From an uncultured delta proteobacterium (GTDB taxonomy: Bacteria > Myxococcota_A > Polyangia > Fen-1088): a stretch of 64,000 nt of DNA. The stretch spans positions 512,001 through 576,000 of the forward strand of contig CAVYGB010000002.1 in NCBI GenBank assembly GCA_963767925.1. Direction: 5' to 3'. Within the stretch, counting starts at the first letter, position 1. Each line of letters starts with the position of its first letter. The notes beneath the pieces were generated by a model that was not told where the DNA came from, did no database searches, and saw only the letters and a program-made list of their open reading frames with translations. Shown piece by piece: positions 21,202-30,898 of this stretch. A program made the position numbers and the translations under genes.

Positions 21202-21489
21202 GGAGGACCCCTCACCCCTCCCTCTCCCCGCTGCCGCGGGGCGAGGGCGAACAATCGGCCACCTGCCTCGATCATCTTCCCGAGCGGAAGATCTGCGGCC
21301 CCTTCGTACCGGGCATCCTCTCCCCGCTGCCGCGCGCCGAGGGCGAACAATCGGCCACCTGCCTCGATCATCTTCCCGAGCGGAAGATCTGCGGCCCCTT
21401 CGTACCGGGCATCCCGGGTTCCGCTGTCCGTTCGCCCTCGCCCCGCGGAGCGGGGAGAGGGAGGGGTGAGGGGGCTCCGCTCGAACCGT
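21202..21489. repeat. REP-like inverted doublet with internal 96-bp tandem duplication
   Basis: Arms as in 1383-1555; 21221-21316 is repeated at 21317-21412. Confidence 0.88.
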
Positions 21490-21498
21490 TCGGTGTGG

Positions 21499-22587
21499 TC
21501 AGGGCTGGCGACGGCGGACGACGCTGGGGACCTGGCGCAGGATGGCCTGGCGGGTGGGGCGGGCGGCGGCGGCCAGGCGGGCTTCCTCTTTCATCAGGCG
21601 GCGGAAGGCGGCGTCGTCGAGGCCGGCGCGGGCCATCCAGGCGGCGGCGTCCTCCTCGGAGGTGAGGCCCTGCGCCCGGCGGAACGCCGAGGTGGCCGCC
21701 TCCACCTCGGCCTCGTCGGGGGCGGGATGGGGCAGCAGGAGGCCGAGGGCGCGTTCGGTCGCCTCGCGCAGCACGCCGGGCAGGGCGTCGGGATCGTCCC
21801 GCTCCAGCTCGGACAGCAGGCGGGCCCCGTCCTCGACCCGGTCGGGGCCGGGATCGGTGCGCTCGACCTGGCGCTCGAGCTCCAGCCAGGCCTCCGTGCG
21901 GGGCAGCTCGAAGGCGGGCGGGGGACCTGGCGCCGGGAAGCCCTGGGCCCGGTCGGCGCCCATCACCTCGAGCAGGTGGCAGGCGTCTTCGGCCTTCACG
22001 TCGACGGCGCGCCCGAAGCCCTCGCCCAGCCAGCGCTCGAAGGCGGCCATGCCGCCCGGGGTGGGGGTGGGCGCGCTGACGACGGCCTGCTCGAGGATCG
22101 CCGGCCAGGTGCGGTGCGGGTGGAACAGCCGCCGCGCGCCGGAGAGCACCGCCGCGGCGTCGTCGCGGCTGAACACCGCCTCGGCGACCGCCTCCGAGCA
22201 GGTGGCGCGCACGTTGACGAGCGCGACGACCGGCGCGGGCGCGCCCGCCACCTCGTCGTCGGCCTCGAGGTGGCCGTCCCGGAACCACTCGAACACCGTC
22301 CCCACCCCGCGCATGCCGAAGGGGGCCAGCTCGACCGCGCGGAGGGCGCCGGTGCCGGCGGCGCCGTAGACGGCGATGCCGCGGGCGAGGGCCCAGAGGA
22401 TCTCCTCGGGGCCGACCGCCAGGCGCGGGTCGGACGCGCCGTCGATGAGGCCGATGGCCTGGGGGGCCTGGCGGGCCGCCCGGTAGAGATCGCCCGGGCC
22501 GGCGGGCGGCAGGAAGATCGCGTCGGGCAGCAGCCGGGCGCCCTCGGCGGCGGCCAGGGTGGGACCGGTGAAGACGACGACGGTCAT
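21499..22587 (-). CDS. tfuA: TfuA-like protein (degenerate motifs)
   Basis: VVFTGPTL, PPAGPGD, GLIDG, GALRAVELAPFGMRGVG, DDEVA, VNVRAT; overlaps ycaO stop. Confidence 0.85.
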   Translation of the reverse strand: MTVVVFTGPTLAAAEGARLLPDAIFLPPAGPGDLYRAARQAPQAIGLIDGASDPRLAVGPEEILWALARGIAVYGAAGTGALRAVELAPFGMRGVGTVFEWFRDGHLEADDEVAGAPAPVVALVNVRATCSEAVAEAVFSRDDAAAVLSGARRLFHPHRTWPAILEQAVVSAPTPTPGGMAAFERWLGEGFGRAVDVKAEDACHLLEVMGADRAQGFPAPGPPPAFELPRTEAWLELERQVERTDPGPDRVEDGARLLSELERDDPDALPGVLREATERALGLLLPHPAPDEAEVEAATSAFRRAQGLTSEEDAAAWMARAGLDDAAFRRLMKEEARLAAAARPTRQAILRQVPSVVRRRQP

Positions 22588-23834
22588 GTGCCCAGCTCCT
22601 GCTTCTGGCGGGCCACCCGCGCGCCGGGCTGGTAGCCGGGCAGCTCGCAGAAGGCCTCCAGGCCGGGGACGACGACCCGCACCACCTGGACCGGCAGCTC
22701 GCGGCGGGACAGGTCGACGACGATCACCTCGGGCAGGTCGTGTTCGCCCAGCACCTCGGCGGTCCAGCGCAGGGCCTGGGTGGCGGTGAGAAAGCCGCGC
22801 GAGGGGATCTCCCGGAAGTCCCGGGGCGGCGGCCGCGTCTCCTGCAGCAGCGCCTGGCTGCGGGCGTGGCTCTCGGCGGTGGCGGGGGCCGCGGGCTGGC
22901 GCGGGTGCAGCTCGTCGCGGATGCCGAGCAGGCGGGTCAGGCGGCGCTGGGCCGCTTCACACAGGGCCCGGGCCAGGGCGACGCTGCGGCTGGGGTGGCA
23001 GCCGGCCCCGCGGGCGCTGCCCACCGGGCGGGCGGGGTCGTGCACGCGGTCGAGCGCCAGGCAGAGGAAGCTGGCCACGCCGAGGTCGCTGCTGGTGTCC
23101 CAGACCGCCACGTCGACCTCGGCGTCGCGGTAGGCCTGCAGCAGCGTCCGGCAGGTGTCGTCCTGGACGGTCGCGAGATCGATCCGCCGCTGCCACTGCA
23201 GCAGGCCGGGCAGCCCGAGGAACAGCGTGGTGCCATCGCGCTCGATCAGCTCGTACAGCCCGTGGGCGATGGCCTCGTCGAGGCGGGCGCCGGCGGCGAG
23301 GCCGCCGGGGCTGGCGAGGAAACGGCCGCTGCCTTCGGGGGGCGGCTGGCGCAGGTCGAGCTGCACCGTCTCGAGCGGGAGCCAGCGGAGCTGGCCGTTG
23401 CGCAGCTCGCGCCCCTCGATCCAGAGCAGGCGGTCGTCGGGCGCTGGGGCGGATCCGGGCAGGCGGGCCACCTCGGCCAGCGGCTGGTTGCGCCCGAGCT
23501 CGGCCGCGCTGGCCAGGCGCAGGGGGGCCTCGATCCGCTCGGCGTGCCAGGCCTCGACGGCGTCGAGGATGCCCGAGATCCGGGCCGCGTCGGGGGTGAA
23601 GCCGCGGCCCTGGCTGATGGCGAACGAGCGCGCTTCGGGCCGCACCACCATGACGGTGGGGATGCCGAGGGTGTCGAGGCCGGTGACGTTGGCCAGCCGG
23701 GTGATGCCCAGCGCGGGCAGGTGGGGGCGCAGGTTGGCCAGCAGCGCCGCCGGGCCCAGGGTGCGCAGGTCGGAGGCGTTGACGTCCGGTCCGTCAGAGG
23801 GGCCCGGGTCCCTTGCAGGTTCATCGTCGCGCAC
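22584..23834 (-). CDS. ycaO: YcaO-like protein (TfuA-associated type); start uncertain
   Basis: GITRLANVTGLD, SQGRG, ELIERD, GAGCHP, ALCEAAQ, VVRVVVPGLE. Confidence 0.88.
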   Translation of the reverse strand: MRDDEPARDPGPSDGPDVNASDLRTLGPAALLANLRPHLPALGITRLANVTGLDTLGIPTVMVVRPEARSFAISQGRGFTPDAARISGILDAVEAWHAERIEAPLRLASAAELGRNQPLAEVARLPGSAPAPDDRLLWIEGRELRNGQLRWLPLETVQLDLRQPPPEGSGRFLASPGGLAAGARLDEAIAHGLYELIERDGTTLFLGLPGLLQWQRRIDLATVQDDTCRTLLQAYRDAEVDVAVWDTSSDLGVASFLCLALDRVHDPARPVGSARGAGCHPSRSVALARALCEAAQRRLTRLLGIRDELHPRQPAAPATAESHARSQALLQETRPPPRDFREIPSRGFLTATQALRWTAEVLGEHDLPEVIVVDLSRRELPVQVVRVVVPGLEAFCELPGYQPGARVARQKQELGT

Positions 23835-23896
23835 CGGCAGCCTCCCCTCGGGGAGAGGCTACCGCGCGCGCGCGCATTCGGATAGCGGCTGCGCGC

Positions 23897-25039
23897 TCAG
23901 GGGGTGGTGGCCCAGGGGGCCCACCCGTTCTTCTTGAGCAGGGCGATCCCGCGCTCGGCCCAGAGCTTGTGGCCGGTGAGGTCGTAGTGGTGGCCGTCGA
24001 GCGGGTTGATGGGCAGCCCGTCGCTGGGGATGAGGAGCGAGCGGGAGATGCGCATCGCCAGGCTCTCGAGCTGCGGGATGATCACCCGGCCGGTGCCCGA
24101 GTTGCGCGACAGGCCGCCCTCCGCCTCCTCCCAGTCGCCCACCAGGAAGGGCAGCTCGGGCTCGCCGAGGTCGGTGCGCATGTCGTTGGCCACCCCGACC
24201 ATGCAGTCGGCGAAGCGGCCGTTGTTGGAGCGGTCGTTCACCTCGGAGAGGCCGAGCATCGTCCAGATGCCGGCGAAGGTGACCTTGCCCTTGAGCTCGA
24301 TGGCGGAGTCCATGACGAAGCCGTAGAGCAGGCCGCCCTTGCGGAAGCTGCGGCAGTAGCCGTTGGTGACGCCCGACTGGCCGCGGCCGATCGAGACCAC
24401 GTAGCTGTCGGGCGAAGCGGCCAGCGCCGTCCGCAGGATCGACATCCCGGGCCCCGCGCCCGCGGGCAGGCCCGAGCAGCCGACGCCGCCGCACGAGCTG
24501 GTCATGCTGTCGCCCGAGAGCGGCTCACGGGCCGGGCGGAAGGTGCCGTTGCGGTAGGCCCACAGGCGGGGGTGGGTCTCGAAGCTGAGGGCCCGCAACG
24601 CCTGGGGCGTGGTGGTACGGCCGGCCATGTTCGAGTGGCCGATGTGCAGGAAGACGAGGACCTTCTCCTTGGGCACCTGGGCGCCGCCGATGGTGATGGT
24701 CGCGCCGGAGGGTGGGGGCGCGGGCGGGTTCGGCGCCGCGGGGCCGGCCGCGTCGGGGCCGCTGCCGCCGGTGCCGCCCATCCCGGTGACGGGCGGAGGC
24801 TGCGGCATGGGGACGGGCGCGCTGCCGCCGGCGCCACCGAGGCCGGGGACGGGCGGGGGCGCCGGGGCGGGGGGCATGGGCTCGGGGGCGGGGGCCGGGG
24901 CGGGTCCCGACGGAGGGGAGACGCCGGTCATCGGGGGGCTGGAGGGGGGCTCCTGGGTCTCGGGCTGCGGCATCTCGCTGAGGCCACAGGCGAGGACCAG
25001 CGTCATCGGGACCCCGGCGAAGATTGCTTTACGACTCAT
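23897..25039 (-). CDS. Lipoprotein with SASA/CE6-type SGNH acetylesterase domain
   Basis: VLAC lipobox, Pro-rich linker, IGHSNMAG, AREPL, DGHHYD. Confidence 0.72.
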   Translation of the reverse strand: MSRKAIFAGVPMTLVLACGLSEMPQPETQEPPSSPPMTGVSPPSGPAPAPAPEPMPPAPAPPPVPGLGGAGGSAPVPMPQPPPVTGMGGTGGSGPDAAGPAAPNPPAPPPSGATITIGGAQVPKEKVLVFLHIGHSNMAGRTTTPQALRALSFETHPRLWAYRNGTFRPAREPLSGDSMTSSCGGVGCSGLPAGAGPGMSILRTALAASPDSYVVSIGRGQSGVTNGYCRSFRKGGLLYGFVMDSAIELKGKVTFAGIWTMLGLSEVNDRSNNGRFADCMVGVANDMRTDLGEPELPFLVGDWEEAEGGLSRNSGTGRVIIPQLESLAMRISRSLLIPSDGLPINPLDGHHYDLTGHKLWAERGIALLKKNGWAPWATTP

Positions 25040-25243
25040 CGGGCCGCTCCTTTTTGGCGTTGGCGTTCAGAGGGGCTCTTGGATATCACGTATACGGGTT
25101 AGCAGCTCCGGTTCCCGACACGCGACCCAGTTCGGGCCAAGCCATTCTCCAGAACGGGTCACCGCGCCCCGCCACGCCACGCCGGCGCCCCTCGCCCGGC
25201 GCGCAAACGGCCAGCGCCGGCTAGCGGTCAGCTAAGCGGTCAG

Positions 25244-27094
25244 CTAGCGGACGCCGAGGGCCAGATAGGTGATCTGGATCGGGACGATGTCGTTGCCGAG
25301 CCAGCGGAGGGCGAAGCCGCCGGGGCCGAACCCGCCGGCGGTCGCCTCGGCCTCGATCAGGAGGCGGTCCTGGTCGGCCTTGAGGAAGGTGCGCGCGCGG
25401 CTGGTGATCGAGCGGGCGCTCGAGACGATCTGGCCGCTGGTGTCGCTGAGGGTGGTGCAGCCAGTGCGGGTGCCGTCGGAGGCGCCCAGCACGAAGCGGG
25501 CGCTGGCGGTGGGGTCGAGCTGGGCGCGGTCCTCGACGCTGGAGAGGAGGACCAGGCCCGGGCGCAAGCCGACGCCGGTGATCTCCTGGGTCTGGGGGGC
25601 CTGGCCGACCGGCTTGAGGAAGGCGCCGGCGCTGGCGGCGATCCCGCCGAGGGCGAGCGAGATCACCCGGGTGCGCAGCGGGCGGGCGTTGCGGAAGTCG
25701 AGGGAGAAGCCGTCGGCGTCCATCGACCGCAACACGGCGTCGGGGGCCACCACCTCCTGGTCGCGGGCGAGCATGTAGATGGCGGCCTCGGTGCGCTGGA
25801 CCCGCCGCGTGTCGGTGGGCAGGGCGCCGGCGGGGATGGCGATCGCGTTGGCCCACTGTCGCCCCGCGCGGGTCATCACGCCGAGGCCGAAGGAGCCGCC
25901 TTCCATCACCGCGGGGACCGGCGCGGTGAAGCCGAGGCCCACGTGCAGGTTCATCACCACCTCGGGCGGGAAGCCGACCCCCTCGATGGACAGGGCGCCG
26001 TCGGCGACCGGCGTGAGCCAGTCGATCACCCGGGCGGTGACCGCGTCGCCGCCGATGACCACCGCGTGCACGATGTAGGCGGAGGCGTTGCTGGTGCTCC
26101 AGCGCAAGGTGAAGCTGGTGGCGTCCCAGGCCACCAGGTCGGCCGCGGCGGCGGTCGACCCGTCGGCCCGGCCCACGCTGAGGAGGTTGTCGACGATGCG
26201 GCGGCTGGCCTGGCTGGTGACGGCGCCGTCGGCGCTGGCGAAGGCGACGGCGCGGCTGAGGCCGCCGGGCCCCTCGGACATCCCCATCGAGAAGGTGAGG
26301 CCGGCGCCGAAGTCATCGCCGGTGCGGCCCGCCGTCCAGAGCAGGATCGCGCGAGGAGGCGCGCCGAGGGTGTGGCCCACCCGCTGCTCGCTGCCGGCCG
26401 GGCCGGTGCTCTTGGTGAAGGTCCCCATGGTGACGGCGGGGGGGCCGGGCGGCGCACGGTCGGCGGCGGCGTCGGGGGTCGGCGGGGCGACCTCGGGCGC
26501 GCCGGCGTCGGACGGTGCGGGGGCCGGCGGTGGGGGCGCGGCGGCATCGGGCGTGGTCGGCGCGCCGGTGGGCGGGTCCGTGGGGGGCAGGGGGGCAGCG
26601 GCGTCGGCGCTGGTGATCCCGCCGGAGGCGTCGGGCTCGTCGGGGCAGCGGCCGTCGGCGGCGGCGACGGTGGGGCAGGCGTCGACCTCGTCGGGGAGGC
26701 CGTCGCCGTCGCGGTCGGGCAACGGATCGGCGCCGAGGACCACCTCGACGTCGCGGCGGCCGCCGGTGAAGCCGTCGATGCGGGCGATGCCCTGGCTGAT
26801 GGTGCGGTCGCCGATCTTGCCGTAGCCGACCACGCGGCGGGAGCCGAGGCGGCCCGGGGCCAGCTCGATGAAGAGGGTGAAGCGGCCGGCCTGCTGGGCG
26901 GAGAGCTCACCGGCCTCGGGGAGGCGGCGGCGCAAGAGCAGGTGGTTGTCGCCGTCGAGCCACAGCACCTCGAGCGAGGTCGGCGCCTCGCCGGGGCTCA
27001 GCACGGTGAGCAGCACGCCGCTCTGATCGTCGGCGGCGCAGGCCTGCGCGAGCAGAAGGCCGGCCCACGCGACGGGCGACAACCACCGCTTCAT
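25244..27094 (-). CDS. Lipoprotein with TSP3-like Ca-binding repeat and repeated beta-rich C-terminal modules
   Basis: LAQAC; DRDGDGLPDEVDACP; three modules HTLGAPP / GVGFPP / GVGLRP ending in FTLRW-like strands. Confidence 0.7.
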   Translation of the reverse strand: MKRWLSPVAWAGLLLAQACAADDQSGVLLTVLSPGEAPTSLEVLWLDGDNHLLLRRRLPEAGELSAQQAGRFTLFIELAPGRLGSRRVVGYGKIGDRTISQGIARIDGFTGGRRDVEVVLGADPLPDRDGDGLPDEVDACPTVAAADGRCPDEPDASGGITSADAAAPLPPTDPPTGAPTTPDAAAPPPPAPAPSDAGAPEVAPPTPDAAADRAPPGPPAVTMGTFTKSTGPAGSEQRVGHTLGAPPRAILLWTAGRTGDDFGAGLTFSMGMSEGPGGLSRAVAFASADGAVTSQASRRIVDNLLSVGRADGSTAAAADLVAWDATSFTLRWSTSNASAYIVHAVVIGGDAVTARVIDWLTPVADGALSIEGVGFPPEVVMNLHVGLGFTAPVPAVMEGGSFGLGVMTRAGRQWANAIAIPAGALPTDTRRVQRTEAAIYMLARDQEVVAPDAVLRSMDADGFSLDFRNARPLRTRVISLALGGIAASAGAFLKPVGQAPQTQEITGVGLRPGLVLLSSVEDRAQLDPTASARFVLGASDGTRTGCTTLSDTSGQIVSSARSITSRARTFLKADQDRLLIEAEATAGGFGPGGFALRWLGNDIVPIQITYLALGVR

Positions 27095-27291
27095 CGGTCG
27101 CGAACCTAACACGCGTGCCGGTGGTCGGCGCCAGCGCTCCCCGACGACACCGCGAATTTGCAGGCCGGAAACCAGGGGGCGCAGGGAGCGGCAACCACCC
27201 GAGTCCCGGGGCCGATCCCGACTCGGGTGGGCACCACCGAGTGAGAGCAGAGCCTCCTTCGATACGCCCACCACGCGCGTGATGGTCCGAG

Positions 27292-27380
27292 GACCCAGCG
27301 GTAGCCGTGGGTCTCCTTGCCGTGGCTGGGGAAACCACTCGGCGATGGAGGCGGCGAGGTAGCCGGCGTCGAACCAGGCG
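27292..27380. repeat. Intergenic direct copy of 27599-27686
   Basis: Identical except for one extra A (ggggaaacc vs ggggaacc). Confidence 0.9.
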
Positions 27381-27430
27381 GCCGGTGGGATTCAGGGACG
27401 CCCGCGGCCCTGCGCCTCGCGGGGGCGCCG

Positions 27431-28060
27431 TCAGGGGGTGGTGCGGGCGGTGATGTTGCGGGCGAGCAGCGGGTTGTTCTTCGCGGCGGCGGTGGCGCGG
27501 GACCAGTGGCCGTTGGGGGTGCCGGGGCGTTCGCGGGTGATGAGGGCGGCGGCGAGCTCCATCTCGGCGTCGCCGGCGCGGGCGCGCAGGGCGCGCGTGA
27601 CCCAGCGGTAGCCGTGGGTCTCCTTGCCGTGGCTGGGGAACCACTCGGCGATGGAGGCGGCGAGGTAGCCGGCGTCGAACCAGGCGATCGGGTCGGGCTT
27701 GCCAGCCGCCTCGGCGTCGAGCGCGCGGGCCTGCAGGTGGGTGAGCAGCTCGTCGCCGAGGCGGGGCTGGCCCTTCTCCGCGAACAGGCGGGCGTAGATG
27801 GTGGCGCGCCTCATGGTCTCCATGCGCACCAGCACGGGGGTGCTGGGCGCGAGCAGCGCCAGGGTGTCCGCGACCAGGCGGTCGGCCCGGTAGCTGTCGA
27901 GCGGGGCGTGGTGCGACCGCGCGGTGTCGCCCCAGGGCAAGGAGGCGGCGCTGCCGATGTCGTTGGCGTGGCACATGAGGGGCGTGCCGGCGCGGGCGGC
28001 GGCGGGCAGCACCAGGGCGGAGGCGGTGACGAGCAGCGAGACGAGGTGTCGTCGAGTCAT
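27431..28060 (-). CDS. Secreted hypothetical protein downstream of ECF/FecR pair
   Basis: Signal peptide ending ARA; GTPLMCH..DIGSAASLPW, TPVLVRMETMRRA, WFDAGYL. Confidence 0.75.
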   Translation of the reverse strand: MTRRHLVSLLVTASALVLPAAARAGTPLMCHANDIGSAASLPWGDTARSHHAPLDSYRADRLVADTLALLAPSTPVLVRMETMRRATIYARLFAEKGQPRLGDELLTHLQARALDAEAAGKPDPIAWFDAGYLAASIAEWFPSHGKETHGYRWVTRALRARAGDAEMELAAALITRERPGTPNGHWSRATAAAKNNPLLARNITARTTP

Positions 28061-28145
28061 GGGCTCTTCTCCCTTTTTTTTTGCGACGGCCGGCGGAGGT
28101 TGGTCGGGGCCGGTCGGAAGAAGAGACGGGCGGCGGGCGCGGGCG

Positions 28146-29567
28146 TTAACGGGCGGGGTCGCGATCGAGGTCGGCCTTCCAGTGGCGCCACACGGAGATG
28201 GGGCCGAGGTCGAGGCGATCCCAGAGCGCCTCGACGGCGCCGCGGTCCCCGGCCAGTACGCGCGCGGCGGGCACCTCGGCGGCGGCGGGGACCAGCGCCT
28301 GCAGGCGGCGGAGCACGCCCGGGCGGGAGTCGGGGAGCGCGCGCTCGAGCAGGTGCCAGAGGGTGAGGGCATCGCGGGGGCGGGCCTCGGCCAGCAGCGT
28401 GCGGAGCGCGCGGGCCTGATCGCGGCCGGCGCCGCTGGTGTCGAAGGCGGTGAGCGCGCCCTGGAACGACGGCGTGGCGTCCAGGAAGCAGGGGGTGCCC
28501 GGGCCGGTGCGGACCCGGATGGCGCAGGAGGCACCCTGGGGGATGAACGACTCGCGCCCCCCTTGCTGGAAGCCGACCCAGCCGGCCTGCACGGTCACCA
28601 CGCCGTCGCCGTCGCGCCCCACCTCGACGGTGTAGACGCAGCCCAGGTCGACGGCGGTGCCGGCGGGGGTCTCGATGAAGAAGGTCCCCGGCGGGGCGAA
28701 GATGGTCCCGTGGAGCACGCCGCGCGACAGGCGCAGGCGGTGGGCGCGGGCCTCCGTCCCCAGCAGCGTCACGCGCGTGCGCGGATCGATCTGCACGGTC
28801 CCCACGCCCGGGACGTCCAGGCGCGCCCGTGCCCCGTCGTCGGTCTCCAGCGTCTCGCCCACCGCCAGCCGCGCCGGCAGCCCCTCCTGCCCCTCGATCC
28901 GGGGCCGCCCGGTCACGACGGTCAGCCCCCACCCGCCCGGCGCGCCCCCTGCCACCGGCAGGTCCGCCGGCGCGCGCGCCCCCGGCGCCCGCCCCATCCG
29001 CACCCGCAAGGCGATCCCCCCCGCCACCCCCGCCAGCGCGAGCCCCCCCACGAGCAACCGCCGCCGCGCCGGTCGCGCGGTCGAGGTGGGCGCGGGGGAT
29101 GCGGTGGGGTTGTGGGCGGTGCCGGCCGCCCGATCGAACGCGATGGGCTGGGCGCTGCCATCCGCCCGATCGAACGCGGCGGGCTGGGCGCTTCCGTCCG
29201 CCCGATCGAACGCGGCGGTGTGGGCGCTGCCGTCCGCCCCATCGAAGGCGCTGGTGTGGGCGATGCCGTTCGCGTGACGGAGCTCGGCGCCAGGAGAGAC
29301 CAGCGGGGCGTCCGGTGTCTCGGTGTCGGCGATGGACCAGGTGGACGGGCCGGGAAGGCCGGCGGTGCCGTTCGCGTGGTCGAGGTCGGCGGCTCCGGAG
29401 AATAGCGGGGCGTCGAGGGTCTCCACGTCGGCGGTGGCCGCAGTGGAAGCGAGCTCGGGGAGAGGCGGCAGGCGGGCGGTCGCGCGCAAGGGAGCGAGCA
29501 GCCGCTCGAGCCGTTCGATGTCGGGATCGGGCGGGCCCGATCCGTCCCAGAGGTAGTCGTCCTTCAC
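28146..29567 (-). CDS. FecR-domain anti-sigma factor with tandem 12-aa repeats in the N-terminal linker
   Basis: DDYLWDGSGPPD, TM segment, LETDDGARA, IETPAGTAVDLG; GTG start overlaps sigma stop. Confidence 0.82.
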   Translation of the reverse strand: MKDDYLWDGSGPPDPDIERLERLLAPLRATARLPPLPELASTAATADVETLDAPLFSGAADLDHANGTAGLPGPSTWSIADTETPDAPLVSPGAELRHANGIAHTSAFDGADGSAHTAAFDRADGSAQPAAFDRADGSAQPIAFDRAAGTAHNPTASPAPTSTARPARRRLLVGGLALAGVAGGIALRVRMGRAPGARAPADLPVAGGAPGGWGLTVVTGRPRIEGQEGLPARLAVGETLETDDGARARLDVPGVGTVQIDPRTRVTLLGTEARAHRLRLSRGVLHGTIFAPPGTFFIETPAGTAVDLGCVYTVEVGRDGDGVVTVQAGWVGFQQGGRESFIPQGASCAIRVRTGPGTPCFLDATPSFQGALTAFDTSGAGRDQARALRTLLAEARPRDALTLWHLLERALPDSRPGVLRRLQALVPAAAEVPAARVLAGDRGAVEALWDRLDLGPISVWRHWKADLDRDPAR

Positions 29568-30121
29568 AGCGCACCTCCTGGCCCGGCGGCCAGCCTTTCG
29601 CGGAGCTTCTTCATGCCCCGGTGCAGGTTCACCCGCACCGACTCGGGCGTCAGCCCGGTGCGCGCCGCGATCTCGGGCCCGGTCATCCCCTCGACCAGCC
29701 GGAGCACCAGCGTCTCCCGGTAGGCCAGCGGCAGCTCGTGGATGATCGCCAGCACCGCGTGCGCCTCCACCTCCTCCGCCGCCAGCGCGGGCGCCGCGAC
29801 CTCCTCCTCTGCCCGGGGCCGCACCGCCTGCGCCCGGTGGTGATCCGCCGCCCGATGCCGGGCGATCGCCGCCACCCATCCCCCGAAGGCCGCCCCCTCC
29901 CTCAGCGTCCCGAGCTTGCGCATCGCTCGCAAGAACACGTCCTGCACGAGGTCCTCCACCTCCGCCGGCCCCACCTGCGCGAGCAACACCCCGTGCACCA
30001 TGCGGCCATACCGCTCGTACAGCCGCCCGAACGCCCCCCGGTCCCCCGCCCGCGCCGCATCGACGAGCACCGCATCCGGCTCCGCCCCCCCACCCTCAGG
30101 GGCGCGGACATCCGCCTGCAT
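29564..30121 (-). CDS. ECF RNA polymerase sigma-70 factor
   Basis: GDRGAFGRLY, EDLVQDVF, LPLAYRETLVLR, EIAARTG, VRVNLHRG. Confidence 0.93.
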   Translation of the reverse strand: MQADVRAPEGGGAEPDAVLVDAARAGDRGAFGRLYERYGRMVHGVLLAQVGPAEVEDLVQDVFLRAMRKLGTLREGAAFGGWVAAIARHRAADHHRAQAVRPRAEEEVAAPALAAEEVEAHAVLAIIHELPLAYRETLVLRLVEGMTGPEIAARTGLTPESVRVNLHRGMKKLRERLAAGPGGAL

Positions 30122-30285
30122 GACACCGGCACGCCACACCCCAGAAGGACGCCCCACCATCCCGATCCGTTAACCCTTCCCCGCCGCTTCCCCCGCTGGG
30201 TGTGACCCCGGCGGCAGCCCCGACCGCGTCACCGCTCCTGGCGCGACGCCAGGTGGCAAGGCCGTTCGGCAAGACAACCCGCTGC

Positions 30286-30331
30286 CCGTTTGCCCTCGCC
30301 CCGTGGCCGTCTGCAGCCGTGGGGAGAGGGG
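30286..30331. repeat. Degenerate single REP arm
   Basis: ccgtttgccctcgccccgtgg...gtggggagaggg. Confidence 0.55.
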
Positions 30332-30386
30332 ATGGCGCGGCGGTTTTCGGGAAAGGGGGATCTCGCTGCGACTCCGGCGTTGCGCG

Positions 30387-30794
30387 CTAGGTGTCATCGG
30401 TGACGGCGCGCAGGTCGGCGTCGAGATCGCCCTTGTACCCGGGGAGCTTCGGCCAGGCATCGACGCCGTCGCCGCGCCAGCGGGGCAACACGTGCACGTG
30501 GAAGTGACCGACCGACTGCTGCGCCTCCGGCCCGCCGGCGAACAGGACGTTCACCGCCTGCGCCCCCAGACGGGCGCAGAGGCGCCGCGAGACCTCCTGG
30601 GTGGCCAGGAACAGACTCTGCACGAGCTGTTGCCCGACCTCCGGCCAGATCCCCACGTGCCGCACCGGCGCCACGATGGTGTGCCCGCGAACCTGCGGCT
30701 CGATCGAGAAGAACGCAATCGTCGTCTCGTCCCGATACACGATCCTCCCGGGCGCCTCCCCCGAGCTGACCCTACAAAAGATGCACGCACGCAT
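30387..30794 (-). CDS. HIT-family nucleotide hydrolase
   Basis: CIFC, GHTIVAP, QSVGHFHVHVLPR. Confidence 0.92.
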   Translation of the reverse strand: MRACIFCRVSSGEAPGRIVYRDETTIAFFSIEPQVRGHTIVAPVRHVGIWPEVGQQLVQSLFLATQEVSRRLCARLGAQAVNVLFAGGPEAQQSVGHFHVHVLPRWRGDGVDAWPKLPGYKGDLDADLRAVTDDT

Positions 30795-30898
30795 GGTCCA
30801 GTGACTCCCCGGCAATCCCGCCTCGACGCCCATCTTCTCACGCCCCGGGCCGACGATGAAGGGGCATGCGGAGTCGCCCGAGATTCTGGCTCACCGGT

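Noticed and set aside
28074..28082. T9 run as phase-variation switch or terminator
   Set aside because: Intergenic, reads as A9 before an RBS on the coding strand; no evidence of variation
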